Source of the DNA: Rotaria magnacalcarata
Taxonomy: Eukaryota
Direction of reading: 5' to 3'
DNA length: 64,000 bases
Assembly: GCA_965140935.1 (NCBI GenBank)
Contig: CBCSLL010000157.1
Location: 33,416-97,415 of the forward strand
Under the pieces are notes generated by a model. The model had not been told where the DNA came from. It did not search any database and saw only the letters and a list, made by a program, of their open reading frames with translations. The translations under genes and the position numbers were made by a program. Shown here in pieces: positions 62,248 through 64,000 of the stretch; positions within the stretch are counted from its first letter, which is position 1, and each line of letters starts with the position of its first letter.

Positions 62248-62411
62248 CCCTTTACGGCCGGCTGTTGCCAAATAGCAACATACAGCCATTCAACATAGAA
62301 GCGCCGTTCAATTTTAAGAAATAGTTTTTAGCTATCTCTATGGTAGGATAAGAAAATATATGCAGAAGAAGAGTTTTAACTATGTCGCTTCTGGGAGTCG
62401 GCTGAAAAGGG
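62248..62411. mobile_element. piggyBac-like MITE (~164 bp) flanked by TTAA
   Basis: TTAA|ccctttacggccggctg…cagccgactc…ctgaaaaggg|TTAA. The termini ccctttacggccgg and (reverse complement) cccttttcagccga are imperfect TIRs beginning CCC, as in piggyBac. Contains a GGCCGG core. Confidence 0.4.
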
Positions 62412-63159
62412 TTAAAACTGTAAAAATCGAGTATGTCAATACTTGGTTATATAGACACTTTTTGAAGAATCAAAAGGATAATCAGTTTCCAAACTCGATG
62501 AATACAGACGTTAATGTGAAATAGTTTGTATTTGATTGATGCTAACCAATATTTGTCATTTATTTCACAAAAAGTCAGTGTCTACTATTATCTGCTCATT
62601 ATGATCGATTAGAACTCTCAATAACAAAACTTATAGTAAGAAGTATAGCATTTTGATGGCATCAAAGTAAATCGTTATTGTACACGGTGATTTTTAAATT
62701 CCACATGTATAAAAGTTGTCTTCACCTGAAATATGACTACGAATGATGAAGGTTTTCCTAATTTCAATTTTGTACAAGCCGTGAATTTAAAGACCTGACA
62801 GTTTTACAAAGAAAAAGTGAAACATAGATATTAATATGATTATTTTAATTTTATGACATCTGTTATTAGGTTAACAAACACGAGAAATACTATCGACGAA
62901 TAGACTATAAACAATACGATTGAACGAGTTCCAGAATAATATCACTGGAGATCTTCCTCTTCATGAGTACAACATGGCATACACATTAGTCTATAAACGA
63001 TTCTATCAATCATTACTTAATGAACAAGATCCTGATTTAGCAACGAAAAAAATGCACATATTGCTATAATAGAAACGATAAAGAAAATAGACATACGCAT
63101 ATTTAGTTTCTGGCGAAGAACAATTCATTTAGAAGTAATAAATGTTTTTTGTTCATTTA

Positions 63160-63360
63160 CAATTTGCCGTCATCTTTTGAAACTGCTGCCGTTCCATCTC
63201 GTATTGGTTGATCGTTCAACCAAATAGTTGATTTTATTGTTATGTCGTCAATTAATTATATAACATAGACATATTTATTTGTTTTCGTCTTCGTTTTATT
63301 CAAATTCCACAATAACTCTTTGTTTCATAGGTTATACTGCTTACTTTGAAGTTTACAATT
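63160..63360. repeat. Copy B of the ~240-bp duplicated upstream segment (see 60499-60740)
   Basis: Direct alignment with copy A. Followed at ~63389 by ATG AGA CAA CGT TGG TAT CAT CTT CCT GTT G|GTACGT, a short first exon with a canonical donor. Confidence 0.7.
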
Positions 63361-63388
63361 AAATTTACAGATATTACTCTTTAGAACG

Positions 63389-63947
63389 ATGAGACAACGT
63401 TGGTATCATCTTCCTGTTGGTACGTGTTTCTGCTTACCCTTTCAAATCTTTCACCGTTTATTTTGTATAAATTGTGCGTTGACCTATTTTTTTATTATTC
63501 TGCCTTCGTCAGCCAGCTAGTTCATGTTTTTGAACAAGATATGACAAAAATGCTTTACCTACACTCATTACTATTCGATTTTCTCACTATTGTGAAAAAG
63601 CGAGATGGATGCTCGACCTTCTACAACATGTATCAGCTCATAAATCTACTAGCGAACAATCTGAAAGTTTACATAATGATTCTCATCAGTATATTGAATG
63701 TCCACGTTCTATTCTAACACATATGGTCACATCTCTGTGGCACACTAGTGAATTTTTATCAAGTACACCAGTGTACATAAGACGAGATAAAAATGTTTTA
63801 AAAGACTCTTCTGATATCATGCATTACGTTAGTGGTGAATTGTGTAAGCTAAACAACCAAACACATTACCCAATTCCTGAAGTAGAAGAATTAGAGAGCT
63901 ATTTTAATCAGATACTTGGTGTACACGTACGTCGCTATGGTTATTAG
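63389..63947 (+). CDS. Uncharacterised gene: short first exon (MRQRWYHLPV, donor GTACGT at ~63419) and downstream ORF(s) to stop at 63945-63947; exon phasing unresolved
   Basis: ATG followed by a canonical donor. Downstream open frames (…HYCEKARWMLDLLQHVSAHKSTSEQSES…PVYIRRDKNVLKD…GVHVRRYGY*). No recognisable domain. Confidence 0.25.
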
Positions 63948-64000
63948 CTGCTGTTTCAGGCAGATGATACGGAGAATGAATTACGTAATTGCTGGCTACG

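Noticed and set aside
1-64000. Search for prokaryotic features (operons, CRISPR arrays, rRNA, sigma-70 promoters, rho-independent terminators)
   Set aside because: The sequence is clearly eukaryotic (GT-AG introns, animal orthologues such as PIBF1 and tetraspanin). There is no CRISPR-like regular repeat-spacer architecture and no rRNA-like conserved block. The bacterial-style M calls in the ORF track are largely GTG/TTG artefacts.

Overview
This window is AT-rich (roughly 30% GC), intron-containing eukaryotic nuclear DNA from an animal; the coding exons stand out as islands of higher GC. The supplied ORF track is bacterial-style (GTG/TTG shown as M) and is misleading here; real genes are split by GT-AG introns of about 45-75 nt up to several kb. 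Supportable genes: a choline/ethanolamine kinase (11490-12503, +); a 6-phosphogluconolactonase locus that looks like a pseudogene (premature TAA, a hAT-like MITE inserted in an exon, and in-frame stops with no workable intron); a standalone intronless PARP-catalytic-like ADP-ribosyltransferase (20061-20792, -); a B-box/coiled-coil protein; a clear PIBF1/CEP90 orthologue with at least 15 exons (33832-44121, +) placed head-to-head with an uncharacterised serine-rich gene; a tetraspanin-like gene; a secreted 6-bladed NHL-repeat protein (48483-50001, -); a bacterial AmpD-type N-acetylmuramoyl-L-alanine amidase carrying a signal peptide and two spliceosomal introns (53788-54801, +), a strong candidate for a domesticated horizontal transfer; a 2.47-kb intronless N-terminal vWA protein (56014-58482, -); and members of a lineage-expanded family (60837-61646 plus a fragment at 119-562) that I recall being typical of bdelloid-rotifer-like genomes. 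Mobile and repeat content: an 880-bp foldback element with TA target-site duplication inside a PIBF1 intron, a ~1.66-kb imperfect inverted repeat in another PIBF1 intron, a ~326-bp hAT-like MITE (8-bp TSD) disrupting the PGLS exon, a ~164-bp piggyBac-like MITE flanked by TTAA, a duplicated ~240-bp segment upstream of two genes, and several microsatellites. No rRNA, tRNA, CRISPR or prokaryotic operon is supportable. Coordinates come from manual reading and splice-site reasoning and may be off by a few nucleotides.
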